Shown: positions 34,721 through 48,341, numbered from the whole stretch's first letter. The stretch is 63,997 nt of DNA, filler included, from Diploschistes diacapsis (GCA_023645945.1; 8 parts of 8 records of this genome joined end to end with filler, not necessarily neighbours in it), one strand, 5' to 3'. Notes: generated by a model not told the origin, from the letters alone. Numbers and translations are program-made.

Positions 34721-37700
34721 ATGGCCGAGTCACCAGCATCTCAACATCGAACAAACCTTATTCGACAAATGGCTCAAGACCTCCGCCAGTCGAGGCCGAT
34801 TTCTATCTCATCTCGAGCATCCGACTCTAACTCGAACATTGATAACGAGTCCATGTCTGAATTCGATCCCTCAGCAGACGGCGTAGGCTCGACGCGTCAG
34901 ATCGATGAGCAGTCTCAGCGATTGCCAGAGTATCAGCCAAACTCACAGACTTACAGCCATCCCGCTTCAGCCCCAGAGCCAGATTACAGAATCAACACGT
35001 CGGCTTTAGGTCGTGCCTTTCCAAATTTTTCGCGAAGTGCTTCGGAGAGGGATGAGGACAGCAGTCGTTCGATCGAACTTGGTCGAGGACACTATGAGCA
35101 TAACCGTTCAAACAATGATCATTCATCAGTAGCCTTTGGCAACAACTTTGCGCCCTCATTGGGAGGACCGACATCAAAGAAGGAAGGAGCGACCTCATTC
35201 CGGCGCTCATTGAACTCTGGACGCCGGTCATTGGAGAAAGAGACGTCAGGTGGATCACCGCCAACTGTAAAGGCGACTGACTATGGCTCGAACGGCAGCC
35301 GACAGAGCAGTGGAGGACGCATAAAAGCGCCAGAGGATGACAACCTTTCCCGACTCAGTGAGGATCGTCCCTCGACTGTCAACATCACATCGCGAAGCTC
35401 CCGATTCAGTGTTACTTCAAAAGTACCGGCTTCGGCCCCGGTTGGCCTGCCAAAGAATTTTACCTCATCGAAGGACTTTATGAAAAACCTGTCAAGCGCT
35501 CAGGATTCGAAACCTGCACAGGAGCGGATGCAGCCACGTAATCCAACAGTCACCTCCGCTCAATCATACACGCTTCCAGAGTTACCCAACATCTCTGAAC
35601 TGATTTCAGGAACCTTCATTGACGGAACCCCCATGTTCTCCCGCCACACCAAAGCCCGTGGCGCTTCTGGGCCAACGCGATTCGCTTCTGCTCATCAAGG
35701 CCGAAAATCTCGGGTTGGCCATTATCCCGTCGGTGAAATTGCGGTCCCCCAGGAAGAAGAAGCTATATTTGTTTCCTTGAAACTTTTACAGGAGAAGATT
35801 GCAGATCTTGAGAACAAGCGTTCGGAGCAGGAGGCACATATCCAAAGTTTGCAAGAAAGGAATAAAATCCTCGAACTTGAGAAGGTGGAGATAAAGCGTT
35901 TGAGTAGTAGAGATAGTGGCATTGGTCATACTTCCGGCAGCGACGGGGACGATGACTTTGCCCGCAAGTCTCGTAAATCCGTCATTGAACGAAATCGTAA
36001 GTCTTTCAGATACATCCAAGGAGATGGATTTGACGCAGAGCAGGTCTCGAGACTACAATTCGTACCCTACAGGATCAGCTTGACGTTGCAGCTAAGAAAG
36101 TCAGGACATCGGAAATCACGATCAAGAATCTATCATCCGAGCGTGATTCGGCTATCTCGCAACTGGGTGTCGCATACGTGAACATGGAGCAATTAAAGCT
36201 TGAAAAGGAGGCACTGCTAGGTCAAATTGCAGCGCTGAAGGCGGAGATATTCGCGCTTCGACATGAGCCAGTCCAAGCATCAGAGGTAACTAGCGAGGAC
36301 CATGGCAAGACCCGAGACAGTCTCGAGAGAGCGACAAGCCGCGAGAGTGGGCCCACCGCTCGCCAAGATTATACTCAGCTCCTGGACATTGATGCCAATG
36401 TTCATGAGAAATCCCGCATGGTGACTGAGCAGCCGCCAAACAGAACGGCGAGCAAAGATAAGCAGAAGAAAAGAAAGACAAGGATTGTTCTAGAAGAGTA
36501 CTCGGAAAGCGAGCAAAGCGAAGAGAACGTTCAGAATGACACTTCAAGGTCACAAAATGAGCCCAAAGACAAGGCGCCTGATGCTCTCGTCAACCATACA
36601 CGGCCCGCAAAGGATCAAACTGTGTTGAGTACTATAGGAAGTGGCCGCTTCATGGACCTTCGGCAGTTACTAGAACGTGAACGAAACAAGCAGAGATACC
36701 GATACGAGGAGAGTAGGAATCTTGAGCAGGAGATTGAGCCTCGTATTGAAGCACAGCGGGTCGAAGCCACTCCTGTCGAGCCACAGCTACCCAAAAAATC
36801 ATCAATGAAGAACCTGAAAGGACGTTCTGAAGACAAGGTCGATAAGACCTCTAAGTCCCAAAAAGACGCCAATCTTGTAAGTATACCTGCGAGGCGCGCC
36901 CTGATACTGCTAACATTCGAAAGACTTCGCAATCCAAGGTGTCAGAGAAGGTCTCTCGTCCTCGAAATGCTTCGTCGCATGAGCATCGCAGCAAGCTCCA
37001 GAGTGTCACTATAGAAGACATGACCTCCGCTTTCATCGTTCCTGATATCACCATGGGTAACCCCGGGGAAGCCACCATGAAGCTTTCGCAGTCTGCCCGA
37101 GAGGTCTTCGATCACCTCGCGCAACATGATGGCCACAGCTGCACTATCTGCAAACGGGTCATTGAACATGAGAGACCACATGAGCATGGACAGGAAAGCA
37201 AATTGACAATTCCGAAGCCTGTGCCGGTATCTGAGAGGATGCCTTTGCCTGGTCCAGAGGATGATGAACCGACCATGCGCCCATCTCAACCTCCTGCTGT
37301 TGCTCTTGCTGCCGTGTTGAAGGAGCTGGAAGACGAAGTGAAGCATCTCAAGATCAAGCAATCTGCGTATCATGCACAATATATCTGTCATGACCCTGCT
37401 TTGAGCAAGCGCAAGCGACATGCCGTCGCAGCAGAAATGGACCGACTCCAAAAGGTCATCAACGTAAAGTCGGACCAGATCTACGCGCTGTATGACGTCC
37501 TTGAGGGGCAAAAACAAAGCGGACAGGAGATGAGCGAAGAAGAGGTGGAGGTTACTTTGAGTAAGATCGAGGTTGATTTCAGAGAGGTAGGCATGCGTGG
37601 TGGCAACATTGATACTGATGTCGATGGCGAAGGGGCTGGCTCAGAAGCCTCCTTCAGTGGCAGAGGGGGCCCCCGGGTTGCCTCCACAAAGCGAATGTCG

Positions 37701-37865
37701 AAGCAAGCAGCCCTTACAAAGAAGGACGGGAAGAAAGCAAAGCAAGTGTGGGATCTTGATAGCGATGAAGACGACGAGCTACCCTGGGAAGGATTTGATC
37801 GAACTGGAGAGCTTACAGGACGAAGTGGATCCTTGAAGAAGAAAGTTCAAACTTCATCTTCCTAA
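34721..37865 (+). CDS. Ppc89/Cep57-like spindle-pole-body protein, 3 exons
   Basis: LPELPNISELISG; IFVSLKLLQEKI; SAFIVPDIT; PTMRPSQPPAVALAAVLKELEDE..KSDQIYALYDVLEGQK (Cep57 microtubule-binding-type region). Introns about 35997-36043 and 36877-36923. Confidence 0.85.
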
Positions 37866-38880
37866 CGCAATACGTTACTATCTTTCCAAGGCCTGGATTG
37901 CTTTAATACGCGATGTGCGTGATGGCGAAGCCACCACACTGTGTATAACCACACGGTTTTCAGACATGGTATCTCTTGATAGCAAATCATAGCCGGTTGC
38001 TTCCGATCGGAAAGACGTTGGATGTCCTGTCACAAATTCCCCCGATTCATGCGTCGATCCTTCGGAGGTAGCCCCCAGCTTCAGCCTCTGATCTTATGGG
38101 ATCGAATGATTGTGGCAACAGTTGTGAGCATTTTTACCGAAGCATTTGAATTGGACTTGGTGGTTCCAGCCTTTGTTGCACTCCTCAATGAATACTTTTT
38201 GGGGGGCTCAGAGCTTCATATCACTTGATGGCGAAGGGCAGATGTCGTTTACGGGTTTGGGTATTCAGAGAGGACTCGTTATGCTCCCTTTGACGTTGAG
38301 CGACGAGTATCTACGAGATTGAGAAGGTCGGCGCACGCGGCTTCTTACGAAAATGACTCGCGATGCGGAACTTCAGCTCATGCTAGCCTTATCGCTGAGT
38401 GCCATTTTTCGGTTGGTGTTCTTCGGGCTTTTGGAAGCAGCGTTGGCTTCTGCTTTGGTTTGTTTATGGGGTACTTGCATTGGATGCCCGGAAGTCATGC
38501 TGCTCGGTTTTTAGAGCATCATTCTTTACGAAACCAACGTGAGGACCCCAAGGCTTGATTATTGTGAATGGAGTTTCTTGATCCTCCTTGATCCTCCTTT
38601 TGATCGCTTGTACTAGAGATCATAGAAGGTAAGAATCTGACTTTTATGACCTGCATCTTGACGATCAACGTGTTTTGTATAAGTAGTGATGCGTAGTCGC
38701 TCTCAGTAATCTTTGCTTAAAATTGGAGGACTACCGTTACGGCATACATACAGATAAAGTAGAATGTAGGCAAGAGAAGTCTAGAGACTAGTAAGTGCAA
38801 TACTTCTACCTTTATCGACGGGACGAAATAGATCTTGGACGCCAAGCTTTGAGGCCGCAATTAAAGCCGCAATTTCTGTA

Positions 38881-40287
38881 ATGAATAATTTTGGACTCTC
38901 CATTATGCAACAAGGAAGCAGCGTTTACAGCATGTCGGTTCCTAGACAGGTTGCTTTACGCTCAGGTGTTGCCCAGAATCTCTCCAATCCAGTCTGCTCT
39001 CGATGCCTGCTACGGCTGTCTCGCCTCAATGCGCCACGCAGTCGACATGCATACACGCTTCGCAGTTTCGCCGCGCCTAGGCTTCTGAAGCAACAAGTTC
39101 CTCATCGAGCCTACTTCGCGGCGAATGGCATTCGAGATAGACTGGGTCACAATGTCTACGGACCGCTTTGGACCCAATTCTTCACTAGCCAATCCTTACG
39201 AGCCTCTGCGCAAACCACCCCAGCCGACCCCGTGCAGCAGCTCTGGAGCTCGCCTCCGACCTCCGACCAGCCACAAGAGACACCCATCACAACAAGAGCA
39301 CGACGGCGACGAAAAGAGCTAGAAAACGAAGCCGACCCGTCCTCGCAATCCGCATCCATCCCCCCAGACGCCTCCTCCCAGCTCTCGACCCTCGCAACCA
39401 GACACCCACCCTCCTCCACAAAACGCCTCCTAACCTCCCTCCTCTCCCTTTCCAAACCGCGCCTCACCTTCCTCATGGTCCTCACAACCGCCGCCTCCTA
39501 CTCCCTCTTCCCGACGCCAACCCTCCTCTCCTCGATCGCCACATCAACCCCAACCCCTTCCCTCTCGGCCCTCACCCTCCTCTACCTCACCCTCGGCACC
39601 TCCCTCTGTTCCGCCTCGGCCAACGCCCTCAACATGCTACTCGAGCCCGCCCACGACGCCAAAATGTCCCGCACCCGCAACCGCCCGCTGGTCCGCGGCC
39701 TCATCACGAAAGGCGCAGCCCTCGCCTTCGCGGCGGTAGCAGCGGGGGCTGGGATCACGGGCCTATACTGGGGCGTCAACCCGACGGTTGCCTTCCTCGG
39801 CGGCGCCAACATTGTGCTGTACGCGGGCGTCTACACGCCGCTGAAGCGCCTCTCCGTGCTGAACACCTGGGTCGGCGCGATCGTGGGCGGGATCCCGCCG
39901 CTGATGGGCTGGGCCGCGGCGTCGGGCCAGGCGGCCACGGGGGCGGGCGACTGGCGCGAGCTCTTGCTCGGCGAGGGGAACGTGGGCGGCTGGCTGCTGG
40001 CGGCGCTGCTGTTCGCGTGGCAGTTTCCGCACTTCAATGCGCTGAGCTGGAGCATCCGCGACGAGTACCGCGCCGCCGGGTACCGCATGCTGGCGTGGGT
40101 GAACCCCGCGCGGAATGGGCGCGTGGCCGTCAGGTATGCGCTGCTGATGCTGCCGGTCTGTTGGGGGCTGAGCTGGGTTGGGGTGACGGATCGGGGGTTT
40201 GTGGTCAGTTCGAGCGCGGTGAATGCGTGGGTTGTTAGGGAGGCGGTGAGGTTTTGGAGGCTGGAGGGCCGGAGGGGGAGTGCGAGG
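38881..40287 (+). CDS. COX10: Protoheme IX farnesyltransferase (heme O synthase), 3' truncated by the contig end
   Basis: LSKPRLT; SASANALNM..DAKMSRTRNRPLVRG; YTPLKR..NTWVGAIVGGIPPLMGW; WQFPHFNALSW. Start codon uncertain (38881, 38905 or 38932). Confidence 0.95.
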
Positions 40288-40387
40288 NNNNNNNNNNNNN
40301 NNNNNNNNNNNNNNNNNNNNNNNNNNNNNNNTTAATTAATTAANNNNNNNNNNNNNNNNNNNNNNNNNNNNNNNNNNNNNNNNNNNN
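40288..40387. other. Artificial contig spacer 5
   Basis: N44-TTAATTAATTAA-N44. Confidence 0.98.
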
Positions 40388-40430
40388 GTGACTGAAAAGT
40401 AGATAAATACTTTAATTTTTATGGGATATA

Positions 40431-40884
40431 CAGTACTATGCCAAAAGTAGTTAGGTCCCCCCCCATTTCTCACCAAAAAAGTCCCTTTTTTAGCCCTTAT
40501 ATCTCTGCGAAAATGTTTTTAAATTTAAAAAAAAAACTAGAGGCTTTTAAAAGCTTTAAATATTCATTCCCTTTTTTTTTCAAAAATTTTACATTTTCCT
40601 GGGGGCCGCAAGGTGCGACGGAAAAAAGCGAGGGTACAGTTACCGCACCGTAACCGCGATTTTTGGCGGGGATCATTTTTCTTAAATGTTTAACCCCATA
40701 TTAGGCACTCAAGAAATTGTTATAAAAATTTCGTAAAACATCTCTTGTACATGTAACGCTCTTAAGTTCTTTATAAAGCTTTAAATTTTCGGTTTGGCAC
40801 ATTGCTGGGGAAGATATTTGGGTATTGATTTGATCGGTTTTGGTGAGATATGGGGGGGACCTAACTACTTTTGGCACCTGACTG
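40431..40884. mobile_element. 454-bp MITE, Tc1/impala-like (family D)
   Basis: TA|cagt..tgccaaaagtagttaggtcccccccat(t/a)tctcaccaaaa TIR of about 47 bp at both ends; TA target duplication; no meaningful coding capacity. Confidence 0.92.
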
Positions 40885-41117
40885 TATATACAAATCTAAG
40901 TAGCTCTGTATTATCGAGGCAACTGAGCTTAGCGTCTATAATCTACCGAAATTAAACCGCTGGCTGCTGTCCGTAAGAGTGGTGGAGCTGGGGCATATTT
41001 CTGTCCTCTTGGCAAGTTCACGACTTTTTGGCAGAAGTTGAGACCCTGTTCTGATTTCATAAAGCTTCAACACAGTTCCGAAGCTTTCCAACATGCCAAC
41101 CCATCCTTTCAAGGAAC

Positions 41118-42126
41118 ATGACTGACAGGAGAAGGGTTAATGGCCCTATCGGACCAACCGCCCCTCCTATCTACGAATCTAGCCTTGCGCAACACGATGT
41201 CGCAGCTGCACAATTTCAACGTAGAGGACGGGGATCGAGGGAGCTTCGCAAGATTTGTGAGTAAAGTAGTCCTTGTTGCGCGGAATCTCAGAACTACGAA
41301 CGTGAAGCTAATAATAGTTCGCGCAGTCCTTCAAACTGGCCTAACTCCATCGGCCTCTGGATCCGCTTACCTAGAGCTCGAGCAGCAGCCCCCTGGTCAG
41401 CGTGACAGCGCATTGCTGTCGACTACGCCTGCGCTCAAGCTCACCTGTACTGTTCATGGACCTCGACCACTTCCGAGGTCTGCTCCGTTCACTCCAAATA
41501 TGCTATTATCGACCACTGTCAAATTTGCTCCGTTCGCCTCTCACCAGCGACGTGGGTACTTGCGTGATGCGGCTGAGCGAGATCTTGCCGTGCATTTAGA
41601 GACTGCTCTACGAGGCGTTATTATAGCTGAACGGTGGCCAAAAAGCGGAATTGATGTGGTTGTTACTGTCCTTGAAGGTGAAGAGGACACCTGGTGGGGC
41701 GACATTGGTACAAGTCGAACACCTTTAGGGATGATGACCGTACTAGCTGGTTGCATAACTGCAGCATCCACCGCTATAGTCGACGCTGGGATTGACTGTG
41801 TAGATATTGTTTCTGGTGGGGTTGCTGCTGTCGTTTCTGATTCGGAATCCGAGCAGGAGATGTCAACTACTGCTACCAGCACCTATGGCCAGCTTGTTCT
41901 GGATCCTTGTCCTCTTGAGCACAAACAAACTCTGGCGGCATGTGTTGTGGCGTATCAGAAAGAACGTGATGAAGTCACTGAAGTCTGGGTCCAAGGCCGA
42001 TTGCCGCTTTCTACTCAGCCCGGCATGAGCAGCGAACCGGAAGCTGCGCGGCTCGTGGATGGAGCCGTACAAGCAGCGACAGCAGTTCGCACGGTGATAT
42101 GCGAAGCATTGAAGGAGTCTCAATGA
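41118..42126 (+). CDS. MTR3: Exosome core subunit Mtr3 (RNase PH fold), 2 exons
   Basis: True start MTDRRRVNGP at 41118; intron 41257-41326 gives RKIF-LQTGLTPSASGSAYLE; LTCTVHGPRP; VKFAPFA; ERWPKSGIDV. Confidence 0.88.
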
Positions 42127-42887
42127 GTAGCGTAACGGAGTCAGAGGCCAAGAAGACGAGGAGTCGGCTGGAGATTCAAACCTTACCAGATGTTAAGTAC
42201 TGGGTTTCCGTCTCACGATAGCAACTTCAAAAGACCTATGATGAATGGAACTTGACAGCGGTTACTACTACATTCTAAAGTGTAGAAGAATATGCCCGCC
42301 ACACCTATGAATGCGTGCCATTGTTGGTGCGTCTTACCTACTCTACCACAATACGTCCTCATGGAGCTCCAGGGATACTTTAGGTCAATTAAAATGAAAA
42401 TAAGATACTTGAAGTTCTTCCCTGAATTTCCAGATTTGTTTTGGTCACCTTTCGAGCTGGTCGAAGAAGTCTTGAATTATCACATGCTACACTAGATTCT
42501 TTAAGGAAGAAATATCCATCACGATGACCAAGTGCAGTAGACTCTACATAGCAGAGTGAATTGCACGAAAATTCAACAAAAGTGGCTGCCAAATTAAGGC
42601 ATGTTACAGGGTACACGTTTCTAAGTATAGAAAAGCGTGCTCCTATCACACGGCTTGGCATTCAGCCCCTATATGTAGTTAAGATGTTCAGTAGTCTCGA
42701 TTACAGATTTCGTATTATTGAGTCTCCGTTAGCATTGTTTGCATCTGCGAGGAACTCATGAACGAAGGATGCACGAACCATAGCCACTTTAATTCCTCCT
42801 TTTCGATGCCATTAAGTCCGTCTCTGGCCCCGTATCACAATGGCCTACAGGCTATAGCGACTAGACGTATCTCGGTGGACAGAACCT

Positions 42888-44575
42888 ATGCCAGCAAGAC
42901 CCTCTATCGCCAAGGTCAGCGCCGGGATAGCGCCCTACACTTCTCGAGACAATGTCATCGAGTTACGTCGCTTGCAAGCGGAAAGAGTCAGAGGTCGCGA
43001 GGCCATATATGGGGACCGCGAAGTTGACGATGGCTCGGGTTCGGAGAGCCCGGGGTCGGCACGATGGCCGGGCGCAGAGTTAGAAGAAAATGAGGATTCT
43101 ACCTCATACAGCCTAGAAGAGGAAGCTGCTGTATTGAAGAAGTTGGACCGACACTTGGTGTTTTTCCTCGCAGTTCTCTATTTGCTCAGCTTCCTCGACA
43201 GGTCAAGTAAGCAAAGCGATACAGCAGACTGTATAAAGGGCTAAACATCTTAGATATTGGCAATGCAAAGATCGCTGGCCTTACCGACGACCTCGATTTG
43301 TCTTCATCGCAATACGAGTGGGCACTGACGGCTTTCTATATCACATACGTGCTGTTTGAGTGGATGACGCTGCTCTACCGTGTTGTCCCTGCTCACATAT
43401 ACATCGCCCTCTGCGTGGCTGGCTGGGGGCTAGTAGCATCTATTCAATCACTTGCGACATCGTTCGCAACATTGACCGCCCTTCGAGCCCTACTCGGTAT
43501 CGCTGAAGCTGCATTTGGTCCAGGCGTGCCCTTTTACTTGTCTTTTTTCTTCAACAGAGAGGAGCTGGCGTTAAGAACTGGCCTCTTCATTTCGGCGGCT
43601 CCACTGGCTACCTCCTTCGCAAGTAGTCTCGCCTGGCTGATCTTGAAAGTTGGGGATGGAGCTCCAATTGCTGGATGGCGTCTATTGTTCTTGGTGGAAG
43701 GGTTTCCAAGCGTGGTCGTCGCCGTTTTTGCATGGTACAACATTCCAGACAGTCCGAGCAACGCAAGATTCCTCGGCAGAAAAGAGAAGAGAATTGCTTG
43801 TCTACGTTTAACCAGCCACGTGGAATCCACCAAGAGCACCTCAAAGCAAAGGCTTCAATGGAAGGAAATATGGCGGACACTACTTGATCCGAAAAGCTAC
43901 CTGACCGCTCTGATGTTTTTCGGCTGTAACGTGGCCTTCTCGAGTCTACCGCCGTTCTTACCTACCATTATTGAGGAAATGTCTTATTCGCCCCTGACTT
44001 CGCAAATTCTGTCCGCCCCACCCTATCTTTTCTCTTTTGTTGTGGTGATACTGACCGCATACTGGTCGGACAAGTCGAGGGCTCGCTCACCCTATGTTGT
44101 CTTTCACGCGCTTCTAGGAAGTGCTGGATATTTCTGGCTTGCGCTGTCCGGTCACCTTCGTCTGCCGCCACTTGTGCGCTACGCCGGCACGTTTGCCGCA
44201 GCCGCAGGGTTCTTCTCGGTCGTGACGCTGACCATCACTTGGACGATGGACAACCGGCGCGCAGCTGAGGGTAAAGGAGCTGGGATAGTCATCATGAACG
44301 TTTTCGGACAGCTTGGCCCACTGGTTGGCACCCGCCTGTATCCGGACAACGACGCTCCCTATTATGTCAAGGGGATGCTCATGTGTGGCATCTTCATGCT
44401 CGCGGTGAGCGCGCTGGCTTGGGCCTTAAGGAGGGTTCTGAGCAGAGAGAACGAAGCGTTAAAGGAGAGAGTGGCATATGAAAGTGTTGCTAGGGAAGAT
44501 GGTCCAGTGCACGATCCTGATGTTGGACGCGGCTTGCACAAGAGTCTTAGGGCCAACTTTGTGAATATACTATAG
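42888..44575 (+). CDS. MFS transporter, allantoate/nicotinate (ACS, Dal5/Tna1-like) family, 2 exons
   Basis: VLKKLDRHLV..LYLLSFLDRS|NIGNAKIAGL; LLGIAEAAFGPGVPFYLSFFF; GWRLLFLVEG; SAPPYL. Confidence 0.9.
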
Positions 44576-45679
44576 TTATTTCCGCCACATGAATTCCTTT
44601 GCTGTTTCACATTCTGATGGTCAGCCTAGAATAGCTCGGCATCTCTATGCGAAGTAGGCCTATACGAGGCAGAGATATCGGGTAAGTCGGAGGCAAGGCT
44701 TTGACAGTGGTTGTGGCCTTAATAGTACCACATGTATCATGTATATCATGTATATGTATGGTGGTGGCCTTCTGAGAACAAGTTTCGGGTTTTTTCGTTT
44801 TTGCATGAAGTAGGTCTTGGCATGACCGGTGAAACGGGTGAGATGTTCCTTTGTCTGAGAGAGGACGAAACAAACTGAGCCGCGGCGTCAACATAACACG
44901 ATAAGTCAACGCATAAAAAGGATCAGTAGATAGATACCTACTACCTAAAGCTGAAGTGTCCAAGCGTCCAATGCATCAACAATGGTGTGGCAGCAAATGC
45001 TTCAACTCCTACACGCTAAGCGCTCGCTTACTAGGTAGCGAATCTTGCCTTACGTACGGGAGTATTAGCCCTTATTGTATGTATTGTCTAAACTACCAGT
45101 CTGCGACTTCTTCAGCTCATTCACCTCTTAGCTTTCGGCCAGATAACTCTCCTTCCAGCTAGAGCCGTAAAGCCTCTTGATACAGCATGACGAATCTCGA
45201 AACACACTGCCTTCTTTTAACCCTCAAACCAGACACCATGACTCTTGCTTCTGGCTGGCACCTGCCAGGTTGTTGGTCAATGTAGTAAGTCTCTTAGTTT
45301 CGATAGTCTGCTTGTTTATGCTTGCAGCTGAAGATAATGCATTGGCTGGTGCATTGCCACTTTCACTCGATATGTAAAGGTACTGTTCTTCCCATATCTT
45401 CCTCTATCTCATCGACCCTTGAGCGAAAAGCACGTCTGCGTTGATCGTTGTTATCCGTTCTTTCCGCTTGCCTTGACAAGAGCATCGTCAATAATTGTTC
45501 ATCCTTTCTTTGTGCCTTATTGTCCACGTAGAGCAAGCGGGCTCTCGCTTTGTTGTTCCTTCTGTTACCACTCGCTGCTAGACAGGCCGAGGCTTTCGCT
45601 ACATCCGTTATTAAAACGCTATCAAACGCTACCGCTTCTCCCTCGAATTTTTCAACGCTCTCACCCCAAATCGGCAAAT

Positions 45680-47101
45680 ATGATGCAGTCTACGTTCCTT
45701 TTGGCACTGGTGCTGCTAGGTCTGGTGTCTGCAGCGCCGGCTCCCGGACTCAGGCCTCGCTGGGCCCATCCCGGCCAGCAACTAAACAAACGCTCCTTCC
45801 GGGTCGACAGGGTCAAGGTTGGCTCGAGCCCTCCGAGTGCCGTTACCGCTCTCGTCAAGGCCTACAGCAAGTACAACATTCCAATGCCCGATGGATTGGT
45901 CAAGTCGCACAAGGCGCTCATAGAGAAGAAGAAGAAGGCCAAGGCCAAGGCCGCAGGAGCAAGCGCAGGCGCTGTCGGAGGGAATTCCAGTGCAGCAGCA
46001 GCTGCTCAATCAGGCAACGTGACCAATACACCTGAACAGGGCGATCTTGAATTCCTCGCACCTATCACTGTCGGAGGTCAACAGATGGTCATGGATTTCG
46101 ATACGGGGTCCTCTGATCTGTAAGTTTCCCTTCCTCTTAATCGCGATAGTAATATGTTGACAGTTCGTAGGTGGCTCTTTAGTACCTCGCTGCCTGCGAA
46201 TCAGCAGACTGGTCACACAAACTTCGATCCTACGAAGTCTCAGACCTTCCAAAAGCTCAAAGGCAACTCTTTCCAGATTACCTTTGGTGACGGATCCAAC
46301 GCGGCAGGAAACCTTGTGGGCACTGACACCGTCAACATTGGTGGAGCCACCGCTACCAAGCAAGCCGTTGAGCTCGCATCGGATGTGTCGGAGTCATTCG
46401 TCACAAACACCCAGTCCAACGGTCTTGTCGGTCTCGCCTTCAGCAGCATCAACGCTGTCAAGCCTCAGCAGCAGAAGACATTCTTCGACACCATTCAGGA
46501 CGATCTTGCTCTGCCGGTCCTCGCAGCAAATCTTAGGCATGATGCGAACGGCTTCTACGAGTTTGGAGCGATCGATCAAAGTGCTTTCAAGGGTAACCTT
46601 ACCGCCGTGCCTGTCGACAACTCCAATGGCTTTTGGCAGATGACCTCAGCCGCATTTTCGATCGGCAATGGCAAAGCCCAGCAGAACGCAAACGCTAGCC
46701 CTGCTATCGCTGATACTGGAACCACGCTCATGATAGTTGACGATGCTGTCGCTGAGGCATACTACGGGACAGTTGAAGGTGCTGCCTTTGACCAGCAACA
46801 GGGCATGTTCACGTTCCCGTGCAACTCCCAGCTGCAGGACCTGAACGTCGCGCTCGGCGATAGCCACATGGCCACGATTCCAGGAAGCTTAATCAACTTC
46901 TCGCAGGCGGATGCCAACAGTAAGTTTACGAGTGTGACCTCCAACGAATCTCTCGCTAACCGGAATCCAGCTTGCCTGGGCGGCGTTCAGGGCAATCAAG
47001 GTGCCGGTCTCCAGATCTACGGCGATGTCATGTTCAAGTCACAATTCGTTGTCTTCAACATCAAGGACAACACCGTGTCATTTGCGCCTCATGCAAACTA
47101 G
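45680..47101 (+). CDS. Secreted A1 aspartic endopeptidase (aspergillopepsin/penicillopepsin-like), 3 exons
   Basis: Signal peptide MMQSTFLLALVLLGLVSA; catalytic motifs DFDTGSSDL|W and IADTGTTL; IYGDVMFKSQFVVF. Introns about 46120-46170 and 46920-46970. Confidence 0.93.
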
Positions 47102-47370
47102 ACGTTGTGCGAACTTACGTACAAAATCATTGCATTGGATGCGAGCATGTTGCATAGCCTAAGGCGTTTCATTCCGCTCGTCTTCCGTCATGCGAATGGG
47201 ATGTATCAAGGACGTATGTGAATCTGTGAGATATTTGGAGGTCGTCCCAATATGGAGAATGAACTAGATAGAGAGTCATTGATTCGGCCCACTGCGTCAG
47301 GACCATGATAGAATGAATGAATTATAGCATGACTAGGAAAATTAAAGATCTTCTAGAAGTTCCGAACCAA

Positions 47371-48341
47371 TAGGGCAAGTCTTATTCTGTCTACTGTACA
47401 CATAAATTATATGATAAGTACTATGGTTCTTAAGATACTTTCTCAGTTATATTAATTTATATGCAGTTATAAGTATCTATGAAACTAACTTTTTCTCTAA
47501 TTATATTTATTTATTTAACGATCGATTACATGCTTTTTTTTTATTTTTAATTTTAATATTTTAATATTTTTTTAAATACGATAGAGTTCTTATTATTTAC
47601 TCGCTTTATTCGTTTTACGCGTCTTACCGTCTTCCTTACCGCCGCGGCGGTCACGGCCACGTTCGATATAATCGCCGATAACGATAAATTAAGTTTTAAA
47701 ATTTTTATACTTTACGACGTTTTTTCCGCCGTTTTAGATCGTGATATTATCTTCTCGCCCGCCCCGACGCTTATTATCTTATCGTTTCTTAACTCGCCTG
47801 TCCTTACCGCTCTCGTCGAGCCTACGCGGGTTTAGATACTCTTGCCGCCGCTATCTGCTACGAAAAGGTTTTATAACTTTCTTACGAACCTCCCGACGTG
47901 AAAAACGCGTTTCTTTATCGTCGCGAATATCCTTCGAATAATCGTGACGGATTTTAACGCGTTTTAATCTTATATAAATAACTTTTAAACGTTTAATCGG
48001 ACGTTTAAAAATATTACGTAATATCGTTACCGTTATTAACGAAACGACGATGGCGATACAACACCCGCTACGCGTAATATCGATATAAAAAAAATAACGC
48101 GCGACCTATCTTCTACGACTAAAAAATCGTGACGGAAAAAACGTTTTTAAAAAATCGAAATATTTTTATAAATAATTTCCTACGCGTTACGAGTAAGTTT
48201 TATAATTATTTATTATTACGACCGGACGCAGAAATAAAAAAACGAAAAAAAAAACATAATAAACGAAAAAAGAACACGATATAAAAAAGATTATAAAAAG
48301 TTTAAAAGCACGTTTTTAAGCTGTTTTTAAAGTATTTTAAG
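47371..48341. mobile_element. RIP-degraded transposon end (family E, terminus (Y)AGGGCAAGT)
   Basis: Homologous, in inverted orientation, to 56493-57143. Homology stops sharply at AGGGCAAGT. Confidence 0.8.

Noticed and set aside
41140..41326. ORF-track start for the exosome gene at 41140
   Set aside because: It reads through an intron; the conserved MTDRRR start is at 41118 in another frame.
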